Under the pieces are notes generated by a model. The model had not been told where the DNA came from and did no database searches. It saw only the letters and a program-made list of their open reading frames with translations. A stretch of 64,000 nt of DNA from the human T2T-CHM13v2.0 reference genome, Homo sapiens, in NCBI RefSeq assembly GCF_009914755.1, contig NC_060927.1; one strand, written 5' to 3'. Each line of letters opens with the position of its first letter. The first letter of the stretch is position 1. A program made the position numbers and the translations under genes. Positions 44,325-59,408 of this stretch are shown here, piece by piece.

Positions 44325-44672
44325 GATTCCACAGAAATACAAAAGATCCTCAGAGACTGGTATGAACACCTCTATGAGCACAAACTAGAAAACCTTGAGG
44401 AAATGAAAAATTCCTGGAAACACACAACCTCCCAAGACTGAACCAGGAAGATATTGAAACCCTGACCAGACCAATAACAAGTTACAAAATTAAATCAGTA
44501 ATAAAAAAGTTGCCAACCCAAAAAGCCCTGGTCAAGGCAGATTCGTAGCTGAATTCTACAAGTTGTACAAAGAAGAGCTGGTACCAGTCTTACTGAAACT
44601 ATTCCAAAAAATTGAGGAGGTAGCCCTCCCTAACTCATTCTATGAGATCATTATCATCTTGATACCAAAATT
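44325..44672 (+). mobile_element. Internal L1 ORF2 fragment (L1PB/old L1P type), no 3' UTR or tail
   Basis: 'acagaaatacaaaagatcctcagagac..aacctcccaagactgaaccaggaag..gaagagctggtaccag..gataccaaaa'. Confidence 0.85.
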
Positions 44673-44835
44673 ATTAATCATGTGGAATCTCATCACTTGA
44701 CTTAAATTTTAATATTCAGTGAGAAAATGCACACAAAGCACTTGTGCTGCTTATTGAAATACTATGTTGTCTTCAAGAAAAGCACTTGTGTGATTGAGTT
44801 GTGAGTTGAAGTAGTTGCTTTGTTTCATGGAACAC

Positions 44836-45287
44836 TATATTCATTTTCTATTGCGACTGTAACAAACTGCCACCAAGTTGGTGGCTTAAAACAAAACAAA
44901 TGTATTATCTTACACTTCTGGAGGTAAGAAATCCAACATGGGTCTCACTGGGCTAAAATCAAGGTGTCAGCAGGACTGTGTTCCTTCTAGAGATTCGGGG
45001 GGGAATCAATTTTCCTGCATTTTTCATCTTCTAAAGGCCACCTACATTCCTTGGTGCATGGCCCCTTCCTTTATCTTCAAAGCCAGACTCATAGCGTCTT
45101 TAAATCTCCTACTGTTCTCTTTGACTCATAAGGACCCGTTGACTGCAGTGGGCTAAACCAGGTGATTCAGGATAATCTTCCTATCTTAAGATCGTTAACC
45201 AAATTACATCTTCAATGCCCCTTTTGCCATGTAAGTGAACATATTAACAGGTTCTAGATTAAAACAGTCATTATTCTGCTTACCACG
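44836..45287 (-). mobile_element. MLT1D-like solo LTR nested in Charlie1
   Basis: 'atgggtctcactgggctaaaatcaaggtgtcagcagg', end 'attctgcttaccac'; TSD-like aacac/atcac. Confidence 0.82.
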
Positions 45288-45317
45288 ATCACCACTTTCA
45301 CATGAAAGAATGAATAA

Positions 45318-45699
<382 letters not shown>

Positions 45700-47184
45700 A
45701 GTAAAACCACTTACAGTATTTGTTACCAAAGATAAAACTCAAATTTTCAAACTAAAATTAGAATATTAGAAAACTTGTGTCCACCACAGTGAGCTTGACA
45801 GCCTCCCAATGCTTAGACTTCTAATGAGATTAGTAGTGTGATTTCTTTTAGACATTAAATAATGAAATGTGTCCACATTTGGAGGATCTGAGTAGCTAAG
45901 TAAACCAATATTTTTCAAATGACCACTGCATGATGTTACAAAATCATGCATGGGTAAGAGATTACTCAGCATGGAAGACGGACCAATGGGTTAAAATGTA
46001 ATAGAGTATGCAAAGTTCATGATATGGTTTTAGACTCCACATCGCAATCAACCTTAAAGAAACTACCACTTGTTAAATTTTGATGTAGTATTTCAAAAGA
46101 CTACTCACAATTATCTGAAAAGGCTATAAAAATACAATTCCTTTTCCAACTGTCTATCTGTATCAGGCCAGATTTAGTCTGGATACCTTAATTTTTAAAA
46201 TCATAACAAATTGAATGCAGAATAAAGTAAGAATCCAGCTATCATTTTGTAAGTCAAACATTAAAGATATTTGCAAAAATGAAAAACAATGCCACTCTTC
46301 TCTCTCACTTTCTTTGAGGAAATCTAGTTATTTTTTATTTAAGAAATTAATTATGTTAACACATAATGTGTTTATTATTATTTTAAAGGAGTAAATAAAG
46401 TTTTTGTAATTTCTCAGTTTTAATTTCTAATATGGTAAATATTGATAGCTATAACTCACATAAACAAAAGCTCTTCAAAGCCTTCAATAATTTTTAAGAC
46501 TGTGAAGCCGACCTGAGACCAAGTACCACTAGTCTACCCTTTGGCCACCAGAGCAGGGAACAGAACTAAAGAGGTAACAAGGATGAGCTCAGCCACAGTA
46601 ACCCTAATAATGGTGTCAAGTGACCCTGAAAAATGCAATCTGAATAATCTTTTCAATGCCCTCTTCCCAGGGAGAGGAGGTCCCAGCACTAAGGCAGCTG
46701 AGATGAGGTTTGGAGGAGGTAAAGAGGTACAGTCAGGACCCTTCAAACCCTGGGAGAGCCCATCACATGTCCCATGAGAGCACCAGCACTTTTGACACTT
46801 ACCACACAGACGGCATCAGTTAGCTGTTCAGGGTTAGCTAAAAAAGCAAGGACAACCAATAAAGTGCAACATTTGTCTCTTTTCCTCTCTCTTATCAAGG
46901 CTCAAACCAAATGAGAAGCTAGAGACTTAGAAGAAGAGGGAGAATTCCAGAGGAAGATCACATACTCCCACAGTGAGGGGGGCACAAGACTGAAAGAGAA
47001 AACCAAGACCTACCCCTCCCACATCAAGTCCCTCTAGCTACAAATCTGGTTGGTAATGAAAACGACTGAAACTTTAAAATTGGAACTTTAAATTCAATAG
47101 ATCCTCACTAACCAAAGGATCTGGAAAGCTACTGAATCCATCCATGATATCATAAGGAATCTGCTTTAAGTGGGTGGAAAATTA

Positions 47185-47900
47185 AGGAACAGTCCCCAAG
47201 ACCACCCTCATTTCTGGCACCAAGTGTAAGTTCAAGGGTTCCCAAGACCACCCTCAGATTTGGTAACTTGCTAGGACTCACAGAACCCACTGAAATCTGT
47301 CATACACATGATTATGGTTTATTACAGTGACATGATACAGATTAAAATCAGCCAAGAGAAGAGAGGCATGGGACAGAGTCCAGGAAAGTTCCACTCATGC
47401 AGCTTCCAGCTGTCCTCTCCCAGTGCAGTCGCAGACAGCATTAACTTGCCCAGCAACAAAATGGGACGATGCACACTGAGTACTGCCAACCATGGAAGCT
47501 CACCCCAGCCTCCGTGTCCAGAGTCTTTATTGAGGCTCTAATGTATACAAGATAACTGCTCACATAACCAGTAACACATGACCAAAAGCCCCCACCTTAA
47601 TCACACTGTTAGACTATCCAGTGTGGACCAAGGCCCCCAGGTAAACAAAGACATTTTTAGCAGCAGGACATTTCAGGGACTCAGAGAATTCCTCCCAGGA
47701 ATCAGTGCAAAGACCAGATCTCTCTTTAGGTTAGTTTTATTACATTATTATTATCATTATTATTACTATTGAGACTGAATCTTGCTCCGTCACGCAGGCT
47801 GAAGTGGCAGTGACAGCTCATAACTCGCTGTAACCTCAAACTCCTGAACTCAAGCAATCCTCAGCCTTAGCCTCCAGAAAGTCAAATTCTTTGCTACATA
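47185..47900 (-). mobile_element. MER77/MER21C-like ERVL LTR with nested Alu monomer (~47745-47875)
   Basis: 'ggttcccaagaccaccctcag..ggactcacagaac..ggtttattacagtga..gatacagattaaaatcagccaag'; Alu monomer with (TTA)n tail. Confidence 0.7.
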
Positions 47901-49059
47901 GTGGAGAAGGGAGATCCAACTTAATGAAGCTAGTGGTAATGACTGGCAAAAAGTAAAACAACTTCATGTTTGTGCTTCGTCCACTGACCACAACACATAG
48001 TCTTTACCCTTCTTCCTTGTAACTAACTTCCCTCCCTTGAGCCTCGGTCGGCACTGGCCTGAGTGCCTGTGCATTAGTATAGCCTGTGCATTGGTATAAC
48101 CTACACATATGCCTCCCATCTGAGAATGGAAAACACCAACTAGTCTAGGCAGAATCAGGCAGGAGTTTATGCAAAACCCCTTATGATAAAATTCCAACAT
48201 GACACCCACTCATTTTGATTAACAAACTCTTCTTAAAATATATCAGGAAAGTTAGGATTTTGGTATATGTTATTCAAGCTTCTGTCATTAGTTTTATCTT
48301 ACTGTTTTTCATCCTGAAAGCTGGATTAAAACAGTTGTTTGTAGGAAATAGAAACTAAAATATCATGAATCACAGAAGGTTTCTCCAAGCAGGCGAGTCT
48401 TTGAAGCCACTTCTGTTGCTGGCTTTTCTTACATATATATAATAGTGTCCAAAGCTCCTGGAATCTCTCAAGAGCTACCCAGAAAAAAAATCTTCTCAAG
48501 TGATAATCATTTAGTAGTGTCTGCCTGGATCAACAAATTTAGGAAGATTCTGAAGCCTTACCTGCGCTCTGCTTGAAAACGTGTGGTAATGCATTAGTAG
48601 GGTCAGTCTTGGCCACTGGAGAGGATGATAGCATTAGTACCTTCTAGTTCTCATTCTGATCTAATATTTAACCTCGGGCCCTGACACTGCTCTTGGGGAA
48701 GCTGGGTCACTTGCAAATCCTTCAGTTAAAATCCGTGGTTCTTCATCCTTGCCCACTCACTGGCCAATCCAGCCTTCCCATCTGTTTCTCTCCTGGTGAT
48801 GTTTCACTCCTAGTGATCCAAAGACTATACACCATCCAGCAAGCACCACTGGCTCTGAGGTCAAGCGTAACAATTGCTCCATCACAGTTGTGCTTTGGGC
48901 CAGTTCCTCAGCATGTTCTGAATACCCTGACCCAGAAAGGAGAGGGCAGAAGTAGGACTTAATTTCTCCAGAGCAGTGCTGTGCAAGCATCTCCACCCCT
49001 AGTGACCCAGGAGCATCCATTTTTACCTTCAAGGTTCTGAGCATATTGCTACCAGCAGC

Positions 49060-49270
49060 ATCATTTGTGTGTTTACTATGTGCTAAACATAGTAAACATT
49101 AAGTACCTTTAATGCTCACATCAACTCTATAAGTTACATATTAACATCAGCTCCACTTTATAGAAAAAGAAACTGAGGGATAAAAGGATTTAAAAATTTG
49201 CCCAAAGCCAAGTGAAGTTTTTGTGGTTCACCTGAGTCCAGAGATTGTACTTTAAATATTACATTATATT
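49060..49270 (-). mobile_element. MIR
   Basis: 'ctccactttatagaaaaagaaactgaggg..aatttgcccaaag'. Confidence 0.65.
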
Positions 49271-50206
49271 GCTCACATCTTGCAAAAAAAAAGTCATGCA
49301 CAGTAGTGTTCTGTGTTTAAAAATAATTCAGATTTCATATTCTATTCTATAATAAATCTGGGTGTGTTTTAATATAAAAATTATATTACATCTCATACAC
49401 TGCGGTAAAGTTGATCCTCCCACAAGAGAAGACATGTTTATCCTGAGGCTTGATGTTCCCCTTGGGGCACAAGTACACTGTGAGAGAAACAGCACCAAGG
49501 CGCATTGGATTTTGTTCTACCTAATGATAAAATCTGTAAACTCAGAAAGCTTATGTTATCCTCCATACATCCTTGCTACATGTGAGACTATGAACAACGG
49601 GCTGGGAGCTCAAAGAGAAAGAATGGCTAGAATACTCTAGGCAAAAAGAAAAAGAGGAATATTTTAGTTTGAATAATAAATATGCAAGTTGAAAACATTT
49701 GAAAATTACCCCACTTCTTACTTTTATAGAGAAAACAGAGGACATAATCATCATTCACTATAAGGAGCTCATTAAATATGGTCCTATATAAATGATCATG
49801 AAGGTAGTTACTTTTTGAAAAGCTACAGACTCCACTTTTTCCACAGCCCAAGACCCCAGGGCCTTTGTCCTGTCATCTTTCCTAACATCAGTGACACGTT
49901 TTACGTCTAAGTACTTAGAGGTAAAAGTTTTACTTTGTCTCAAATCCTCATAGGCATAAACTTGTAGGCTTAATTGCAACAATGCATTGCGTTACATATA
50001 ATAACAAGCATGAAATAACATATAGCATATGTCAGCAATATATTCTATACTGAGGCCAAATTCCATAAAAGTCAGTTCTCTGGGGATAGGACTGCACTGT
50101 ATCTGCCACATGATGTAACACGAATACCTCCAGTTGTGTGTCATCTCCTGAGGAATGTGATATTAATCTTCACTATTTGATGAGTACCCTTCTGAAATGT
50201 GTATAA

Positions 50207-50988
50207 TTTTTTTAACTTTTATTTTAGGTTCATGGGTGCATGGGCAGGTTTCTTCCATAGGTAAATTTGTGTCAAGTGGGGTTGTTGTACAGATTATTTC
50301 ATTACCCAGATATTAAGCCTAGTACCCATTAGTGATTGTTCCTGATCCTCTCACTCCTTCCACCCTCCACCCTCCGAAAGGGCCCATGGTGTTTTGTTCT
50401 GCTCTCTGTGTCCATGTGTTCTCATTATTTAGCTCCTATTTATAAGTGAGAACATGTAGTATAAAACCACATTTTCTTTATCCAGTTATCACAGATGGGC
50501 ATTGAGGTTGATTCCATGTATTTGCTATGATGAATGGTACTGCAATGAACATACTTGTGTATGTGTCTTCATAATAGAATAATTTATATTCCTTTGGGTA
50601 TATATCCAGTAATGAGATTGCTGGGTCGAATGGTATTTCTGTCTTCAGGTCTTTGAGGAATTGCCATACTGTCTTCCACAATGGTTGGACTAATTTATAC
50701 TCTCACCAACAGTGTATAAGCATTCCTTTTTCTCAACAATCTCACCAGCATCTGTTATCTTTTGACTTTTTAATAATAGCCATCTGACCGGTGTGAGATG
50801 GTATCTCATTGAGGTTTTGATTTGCATTTCTTTAATGATCAGTGATGTTGAGCTTTTTTTACATGATTATTTGCCGCATGTATATCTTCTTTTGAAAAGT
50901 GTCTTTTCATGTCCTTTGCCTACTTTTTATGGTGCTTTTTTTTTCTTGTAAATTTGTCTAAGTTCCTTATAGATGCTTTGTCAGATGC
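50207..50988 (-). mobile_element. L1PA13-16-like 3' fragment with internal deletion
   Basis: Antisense 3' UTR and ORF2 C-terminus (ORF 50478-50681: [21 protein letters not shown]). Confidence 0.9.
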
Positions 50989-51342
50989 TGTATCAGTCTA
51001 TTCTCACACCTATAAGGAACTACCCGAGACTGGGTAATTTATAAAGAAAAGAGGTTTAATTGACTCACAGTTCTGCAGGCTGTACAGGAAGCATGGCTGG
51101 GGAGGCCTCAGGAAACTTACAATCGTGGCAGGAAAGCGAAGAGGAAGGCAACACATCTTGCACGGTCAGAGCAGAAGAAAGAGAGTGAAGCGGGAGATAG
51201 TACATCAAACAACCAGATCTCATGAGAACTCTATCACGAGACGGCACTAAGGAGATGCTGCTAAACCATCAGAAACCACTCCCATGAGCCAATCCCCTCC
51301 CACCAGGCCCCACATCCAACACTGGGGATTGCAATTCCACAT
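50989..51342 (-). mobile_element. MSTA-like MaLR LTR lacking its 5' terminus
   Basis: 'gagactgggtaatttataaagaaaagaggtttaattgactcacagttctgcaggctgtacaggaagcatgg'. Confidence 0.88.
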
Positions 51343-51407
51343 AAACTATAAAAACGCCAAGAGTAATTTAAAACTATAAAAAAGCAAGAGTAATTTTAAA
51401 AATCCTC

Positions 51408-51615
51408 ATAGAACTTTCAATCTGGAAAGGATCTTGGATACTACCAAGTTCAAACTACACCCTGAGTCCCCAGCCCCCATTTACAGATGAGGCCACCTAG
51501 GGCTCAAAACATTAAAGAACTTGCCCAAGGACACATTACTACCAACCCGCAGGACCAGGACTGGTACTATAGTTGTTAAAGTCCTCCCAGTCCGAGACTC
51601 TTTCTGCTTTCCTAT
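51408..51615 (-). mobile_element. MIR
   Basis: 'cccatttacagatgagg..aacttgcccaaggacac'. Confidence 0.65.
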
Positions 51616-51650
51616 ATATTCCATAATTTAAATACTGATACAGCATCGAG

Positions 51651-51878
51651 CAGGGGTTAGCAAACTTTTCCTGTGAAGGACAAGACAATACATAATTTAG
51701 GCTTTTCAAGCCATATGGTTGCATATGGTCTCAACTACTTAATTCTGCCATTGTAGCATAAGAGCAGCCATAGGCAAAACATAAGCAAATCGGTGTGGTT
51801 GTGTTGAAATAAAACTTAATTTGTAAAAACAGGTGGCAAACTAGATTTGGCCTGTGGGCAGCAGTTTGATGATGCCTG
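51651..51878. mobile_element. MER58A hAT-Charlie MITE
   Basis: Termini 'caggggttagcaaact' and 'agtttgatgatgcctg'; internal 'ctgccattgtagca..gcagccatag'. Confidence 0.85.
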
Positions 51879-53491
51879 GTCTAGAGAAAAAGAACTGTAC
51901 TTTCTCAGACTTTTGATTCACTTCCTTCCTGTATTACTCAGGCTATGGCATGAGTGAGTGTGGAAGAACAAGGTACATTTTGACCCATCCCCAAAGCTCC
52001 TAGAAAAGTTAGAAAACCCTTCCCAACCCATGTCGTAAATCATTAAAATCACATATACGCACATCCCAGAGAGAGAAAGGGTGAAAGGGTAGGGATACAG
52101 GCTAACGGGTGAACATTCTGGTAGTTAATCAGCTGCCTCTTCTACTTACTAGCTATTTACTTAATGAGATCAAATCAAGTGGCCAAGCTTCCTTGTTTAT
52201 TGGTATCTAGGGGACTCATTAACTACCTATAAATCTCTGCTGCTCTCTGGTGGTAGAAGACATTCGAGAGAAGTTGAATACTGTAGAATTCAGCAACTGA
52301 GTTCCCAAAATGTTTTGGACACTAAAGAACTAAATGAGTGAGATAGAGTATTTTCAAACTTACTAAACAAAATCATAATTGAATCCTTGAAATATTTCTA
52401 TGAATGATTTTCCTTCATCATAAATCCTCGTTTTTTTTTTCTATCAGGCCCAAACATCAGTTTTTCTGACAACTGAAGTTTCCATTATTTTTCTTTCTCT
52501 AAAGCAGGAGCATCATAACTAATAAACACTGCTCAGAAGAAGCTTTAATTCTTCCAGAACTTTCAGATAACGCACAAAAAGGTGTAGCAGAGAGTCAAAG
52601 GAGATTAAGCATCCATGTGGCAGCTGACAGCAAAGGGAATTTTAATGCAAATGACAATTTCAACTCGTGCATGTAGCTGAACATCAGCAGATTTTACTTC
52701 TCCTCAGTGCTGGTTTTTTTTTCTAGTGCCTTAATCACACCAGAGAAGCTGAGAACCCCATCTTCAGTTTTCTTGTCACTGAAAACTGCGCTTCAGGGAT
52801 GGGTTGACATTCTACACCAGGAGACTAGTCAGACCACTATTTTCATATCAGTCAGTGTATGGCTCCTGGTGGCTCAAGCCAAACTTGGGTGGAGAGGTTC
52901 CAAAAACCGGAGGTAAGGAAGAGTAGGAACAAATGAGCTTGAATCTTTTATGGGCCCAGGGGCTGTGCCTATCTTACCCGCTGTGGTTAATACATTCCAG
53001 CTCCTGGAACAGAGACTAATACATTGCAGGGACTAATATGCTTTTACTAAGTGAGTGAAGAAATAATTGAATGAAACACTAGTGTTTATGAGAGTGGTTT
53101 ATAGGCTATATAGCACCCTATAAGTAATCATTGCATTCATACTAGAAGTAGCAAAGGAGTGAATTACAAATCAAGAGATAATGGCAGGAAATAGCACATC
53201 TAATACGGAAAGAAGTTCTTTCCAAACCCACAATTTCATGTCTCCTTTCTCAGTATCACAGCATCACAAAACTTAGGGATTAGAAAGGATTTTAACACTT
53301 TCGTTGTCCAAACTTCCACTGACGCTCTTTATTCAGAGTTCCACAATATTACCACCAAATGGTAGTCACCCACCCTCTGCTCAGACACTTCCGGAGACAG
53401 GAACTCAATGTCTGCAAAGACACTTTGTATTTTGGATGGGGAAGGGAAGTTGAAGCAGTAGGGAAGTGTTGGAAAAGGAGATTCCAGAGTT

Positions 53492-53782
53492 GTGCTGTTC
53501 AATAGGTCGTCACTATCCACCTGTGACTATTGAGCACTTGATATGTGGCTAGTCCAAACCGAGGTGTGTTGTGATTTTTGAAACCTTAATACAAAAAAAG
53601 ATGTAGAATATCATTAATTCCTTATAATGATTACATTGTGAAATCATAATAGCTTGTATCCACTAAGACAAATATTTTATTAAAATTAATTTCACTTTTT
53701 TCCGTTTACCTTTTTAATGTGGTTACTAGAACATTTAAAAGTATGTATATGGCTCACATTATATTTCTACTGGATGGCATGG
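53492..53782. mobile_element. MER33/MER3-type hAT-Charlie element
   Basis: 'gtgctgttcaatag..ctattgagcacttgatatgtggctagt..ggctcacattatatttctactgga'. Confidence 0.78.
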
Positions 53783-54099
53783 GTCGAGAGAACACATTTT
53801 GTCTTTCTTTCAATTCAGCAAAACAAATAAAATGTCTTTAGGAGACACTAATATGGAAACTCTGGTCTGCTTTGAGTATGAAAATCAAAATCCCTACTCA
53901 ATAATTTGAATCCTGTCCCCTCTGTTATGGTGCTTGTGTCTGTGTCTGTTCTTGGCTGTGAAATGGAAAAAATATTTTCTTCTTTTCCTTATCTCTACAG
54001 AGAGTCATAGACTCATCATGAGCCTCTCATAATGACAGTCTCTTATTGTCCTGGAAACAGTGTACAAGGAGAGCTGCCTCAGCTCAGTGAAAGGAATGG

Positions 54100-55882
<1,783 letters not shown>

Positions 55883-56513
55883 TCAACCCTACCCCAGTAA
55901 GTGAACTCTACATTTTATAATATCTGAAGTATCATCACAGCTAAAAATAGGAAAGGAAGAAAATGTTCTCAGAAACTCCCTGATAACAAAACAATAAATC
56001 TTAACCAATCATTATAAAAGTGTACTATTATTTTACCATTTGCCATAGCTTACACATATAAATCACAAGGAATAATTATTGAGTTGAAAGTGCCTATGAT
56101 ATTTAAGACAAGTGTAATCCTTAAGTAATACAGTGATAATTCTATTCTTAAAAATCCATTTGAGTATCATTTGACGTTGTACCTGCACTTTAAAAGTTTG
56201 AGTCTTTTTAACTGGTTTGTTGAACAGGCTTGAGACAGTAGGTAAAACATAAAATAATTTCACTTTACTTATTTTACTCCATGTCATGAATGTATGAATG
56301 TGTGCATGCCCTGTATCTCCCATTAGCTTTAGAGAGAAAGCACCCCCCCTTACACATATCCCCCACCACACACACGAACACAAACACACACACACACACA
56401 GGCTAATGGCTCAACTCTAAGGATTTTCCCTCCTCCAGTATTCAGACTAAAGAGATTTGGGTTGGGGTGAGAAGAGTCTGTATTGATTTGGGCAGAGTCA
56501 GATTTGTCCCCCC

Positions 56514-56590
56514 TTCACAAGCCCTAGAGGGTTATCTTCTCCAAAGCTGTGTTTTCACAAGCCCTAGAGGGTTATCATCTGCTTCAAAGC
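56514..56590. repeat. 40-bp-period tandem duplication
   Basis: ttcacaagccctagagggttatc at 56514-56536 and 56554-56576. Confidence 0.9.
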
Positions 56591-57259
56591 ACAACAGAAT
56601 TTGGCAACTGAAGTGTCCAAACTGTCAACTATGAAAAACGGTTTTAGGCAATACTTGAATTGCCATGTGACCTTAACACAGCAAATAACATAGGAAATGT
56701 AAAAAATGCATTTTCTGACATTTACAGCTATTAAACTTTAAGTTTAGTAACAAAGTGATTACAAGTGATTGCGACCGTCTTTAGAGGCTTTTAAGATCAG
56801 AAAAAAAGTCTTATCTATTTGAGCAGAATATTCCTTTTGACAGCAATAAAACTAAAGAAATTATCTAAGCTCCTTCTGGCTAAAATTTATGTTGCTAAGT
56901 TATTTCATGCAGACTTTCAAAGAGTGAGAATCTTCTTATCTTTAAGAATCTTTTCTTAAGGGTATTTCTTTCTATATTAGGGTGCAGAATTTGATTGGAC
57001 TGCTGAGATAAGCGCTGTTCTATCAGTTTTAGGGCCAGGCACTCCAGGATACCTAGTTTGATTTCCTAAAGAAAGAGCAAACAATTCATTCTTTTATATG
57101 AGTGGGGAAACACAGCAGTGAGGTTTCTCTGCCAGGCACATGACCAAGTTCTCTGACCACCTGTAATCACAGTAGAAGTAGAGACTTCTCCTCATACTGT
57201 TCTACCAGAATTTGGCCCAACATAATTGAATAATTTTTAAAAGTTTGATACAATGTAGC

Positions 57260-57444
57260 TCTTTGGTTCTCACACTTAGCAAGCATCAGAATTACATGGA
57301 AAACATATTAAAATACACAGTGTTTGACCCCATCCCCCTAGCTTCTGATGCAGCAGGTCTGGGGGACATCTGAGATGTGCACTTCGGGAATGGACCCAGA
57401 CAATGCTGATGCTACTGGTCCAGGGACACAATTGGAGAACGACA
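57260..57444. mobile_element. MER5A MITE
   Basis: 'tggttctcacacttagcaagcatcagaatta..tgctgatgctactggtccagggacacaattggagaac'. Confidence 0.85.
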
Positions 57445-57773
57445 GATCTACATACAGATAATTATAACGAAGAAGTGCAGAGAGAAACCTGAGCAAGAGC
57501 TGTTCTTTGAGAATTCTGATTGAGGACTCCTTTCCAAATACAGATTTAAACAACTTATTGAGGTCATTCTGCAAACTATTAAACCTGAGCATAAAAATAT
57601 GGCCCAGAAAGATGGGTTTTCCATGCCTGATTAAATGAATAACTTGCTAATGTGGAGCATAACATTTGACTTAAAATATAGCCATTATGCAGGGTGATCA
57701 TTTCCAGCAGGGAAAGCCCTAGAAAAACAAACCGTATTCCTCAAACTTCAATCAGTGTAAAAAACAATTCTCA

Positions 57774-57890
57774 ATTCTTTTGTGGTTTATAAGCATAATG
57801 GTTGGGTTTTTATATGCATGTGTGAAATGTACTTCCCTCAAACCTTGTTACAATGTCAGCACATTACCCACCTGACATGAAAATAATAAA
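57774..57890 (+). pseudogene. SNORD13: U13 (SNORD13) snoRNA retrocopy with A-rich tail
   Basis: 'attcttttgtggtttataagcataatggttggg..aaccttgttacaatgtcagcacattacccacctgac' follows U13 over its length; box D CTGA intact, box C degraded; TSD-like gtaaaaaacaattctc/gtaaaataattatcc. Confidence 0.88.
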
Positions 57891-58499
57891 GTAAAATAAT
57901 TATCCTTTCATCATTCAGTGGCTCTTTTTGTTTCCGTAATATATATTTTATGCTTAAGTATACTTAGCTTCAAGTATCTTCATTTTTTCTTTTTAATAAC
58001 TTAATCAGTACCAATGCTTCAAGTAACTTTACAAGAATAATTTTGCAATACTATCAAATACCTAGGATTTATATTTAAAATCTGGTTCACCTTGAAAATC
58101 TAATGATCTTCTAAATTATGTAAGTTTTTGCAGTGGTAGTTAGGATAGGACTTGTAACTTTTATAAGACTGGATATTCAAGTATTTAAATCTTAACTATC
58201 ACTAAAATATTTACACAGGTCCCAAATGAATATTAATATGACTAATATCACCAAAGGAATCTCTAATTAAGGCTTAAGCAATCTTTCTAAAATGGTATTA
58301 GGAACATGCCTTTCAGAATAAGGTGAATTGAGCATGTTCCCAAAAATCCTGCAAATAATGTATAAATTTAGTTAAGGGCAAAAAAATTAGCGGGGAAAAT
58401 AGACCTATGAGCTTTCTTGACAGCAAATTGAAAGTCAAGAATGTGATGTGGCTGCCACTAAAAATGAATACTTTCCAGGTAAAGAGATGCGACATCCAT

Positions 58500-59175
58500 T
58501 TTATTCAGTGGTAGACAGACCACTTCTGAAATGCTGTATTGATTCTGTAGACATCTAAGAGACTCATCAACAAACGGGAGGCTTCAGAGATGGCTAGGAT
58601 GGTAAAGGGTCTGAAAAACATGTCTTTTGGGGAACATTTGAAAGAACTTAGAGTGAATGACTAGGGAAGAGTTGGATGTCACAGGTAAGGGTGACACAGA
58701 CACACGAATGATCTCTGGAAATATTTGAAGAGCTGTCAAAAAAGAGAGAAATTTAACTTCCTCTTTTTCTCAGCAAATGGCAGAATAGAAACACATGAGT
58801 GTATCAGGAAGGTTAAGAGCACAGCTTTGAAGTCAGACTGTGGAATTAAGACTTGGTTCCAGCCATTGTTGGATATGTAAACTTGGCAAACTAGTTGTTC
58901 ATTAGGAAAAAAGCAATATTAGAAGTACCCATCCTTAGGTAAGGACTAAATGAGATGATAGATGTGGCAGACTCACAACAATGCCTGACAAATGTTCAGA
59001 TAACCGTTTGCATCAGTTAATTTAATAGAGACGCCTGAAAATGCATTGAGCCACTTCTAGAAGGAAATTTAGCAAAGACTAAATGACCATCAGCCAGGGA
59101 TGCTGTGGTAAGTATCCCTGCATTGGGTAGAAGAACTAGGTAACCTGTAAAAACCCTCTCAACTCAAAAATTCTT
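58500..59175 (+). mobile_element. L3/CR1 LINE remnant with nested MIR (~58800-59020)
   Basis: 'ggatggtaaagggtctgaaaaacatgtc..gaacatttgaaagaactta..aaatatttgaagagctgtc'; MIR 'ggttaagagcacagctttgaagtcagactg'. Confidence 0.6.
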
Positions 59176-59189
59176 CACTGTTGTTAACT

Positions 59190-59408
59190 AGTGCTTCACT
59201 CTCCCTCCCCTGTGCTCACAGCACTTTGTTCAACCAGTATTACAGAATTTATCACACTTTCTCATCAGTAGTTATGAACATGTCTGTCTCCCACCTAGTT
59301 GGTGAGCTCCTCAAGGTCAGACTATGCTTCATCCATCTTTGTCCCCTGTGCATCTTGCCCAGTGCCTGGCATACAGCAAGATTCAATAAACACTTGTTGA
59401 AGAAAGAA
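59190..59408 (+). mobile_element. L2 3' end
   Basis: 'gtgagctcctcaaggtcagactatg..cccagtgcctggcatacagcaagattcaataaacacttgttgaa'. Confidence 0.75.

Noticed and set aside
47190-47260. Direct repeat cccaagaccaccctca
   Set aside because: Probably intrinsic to the LTR family rather than locus-specific.
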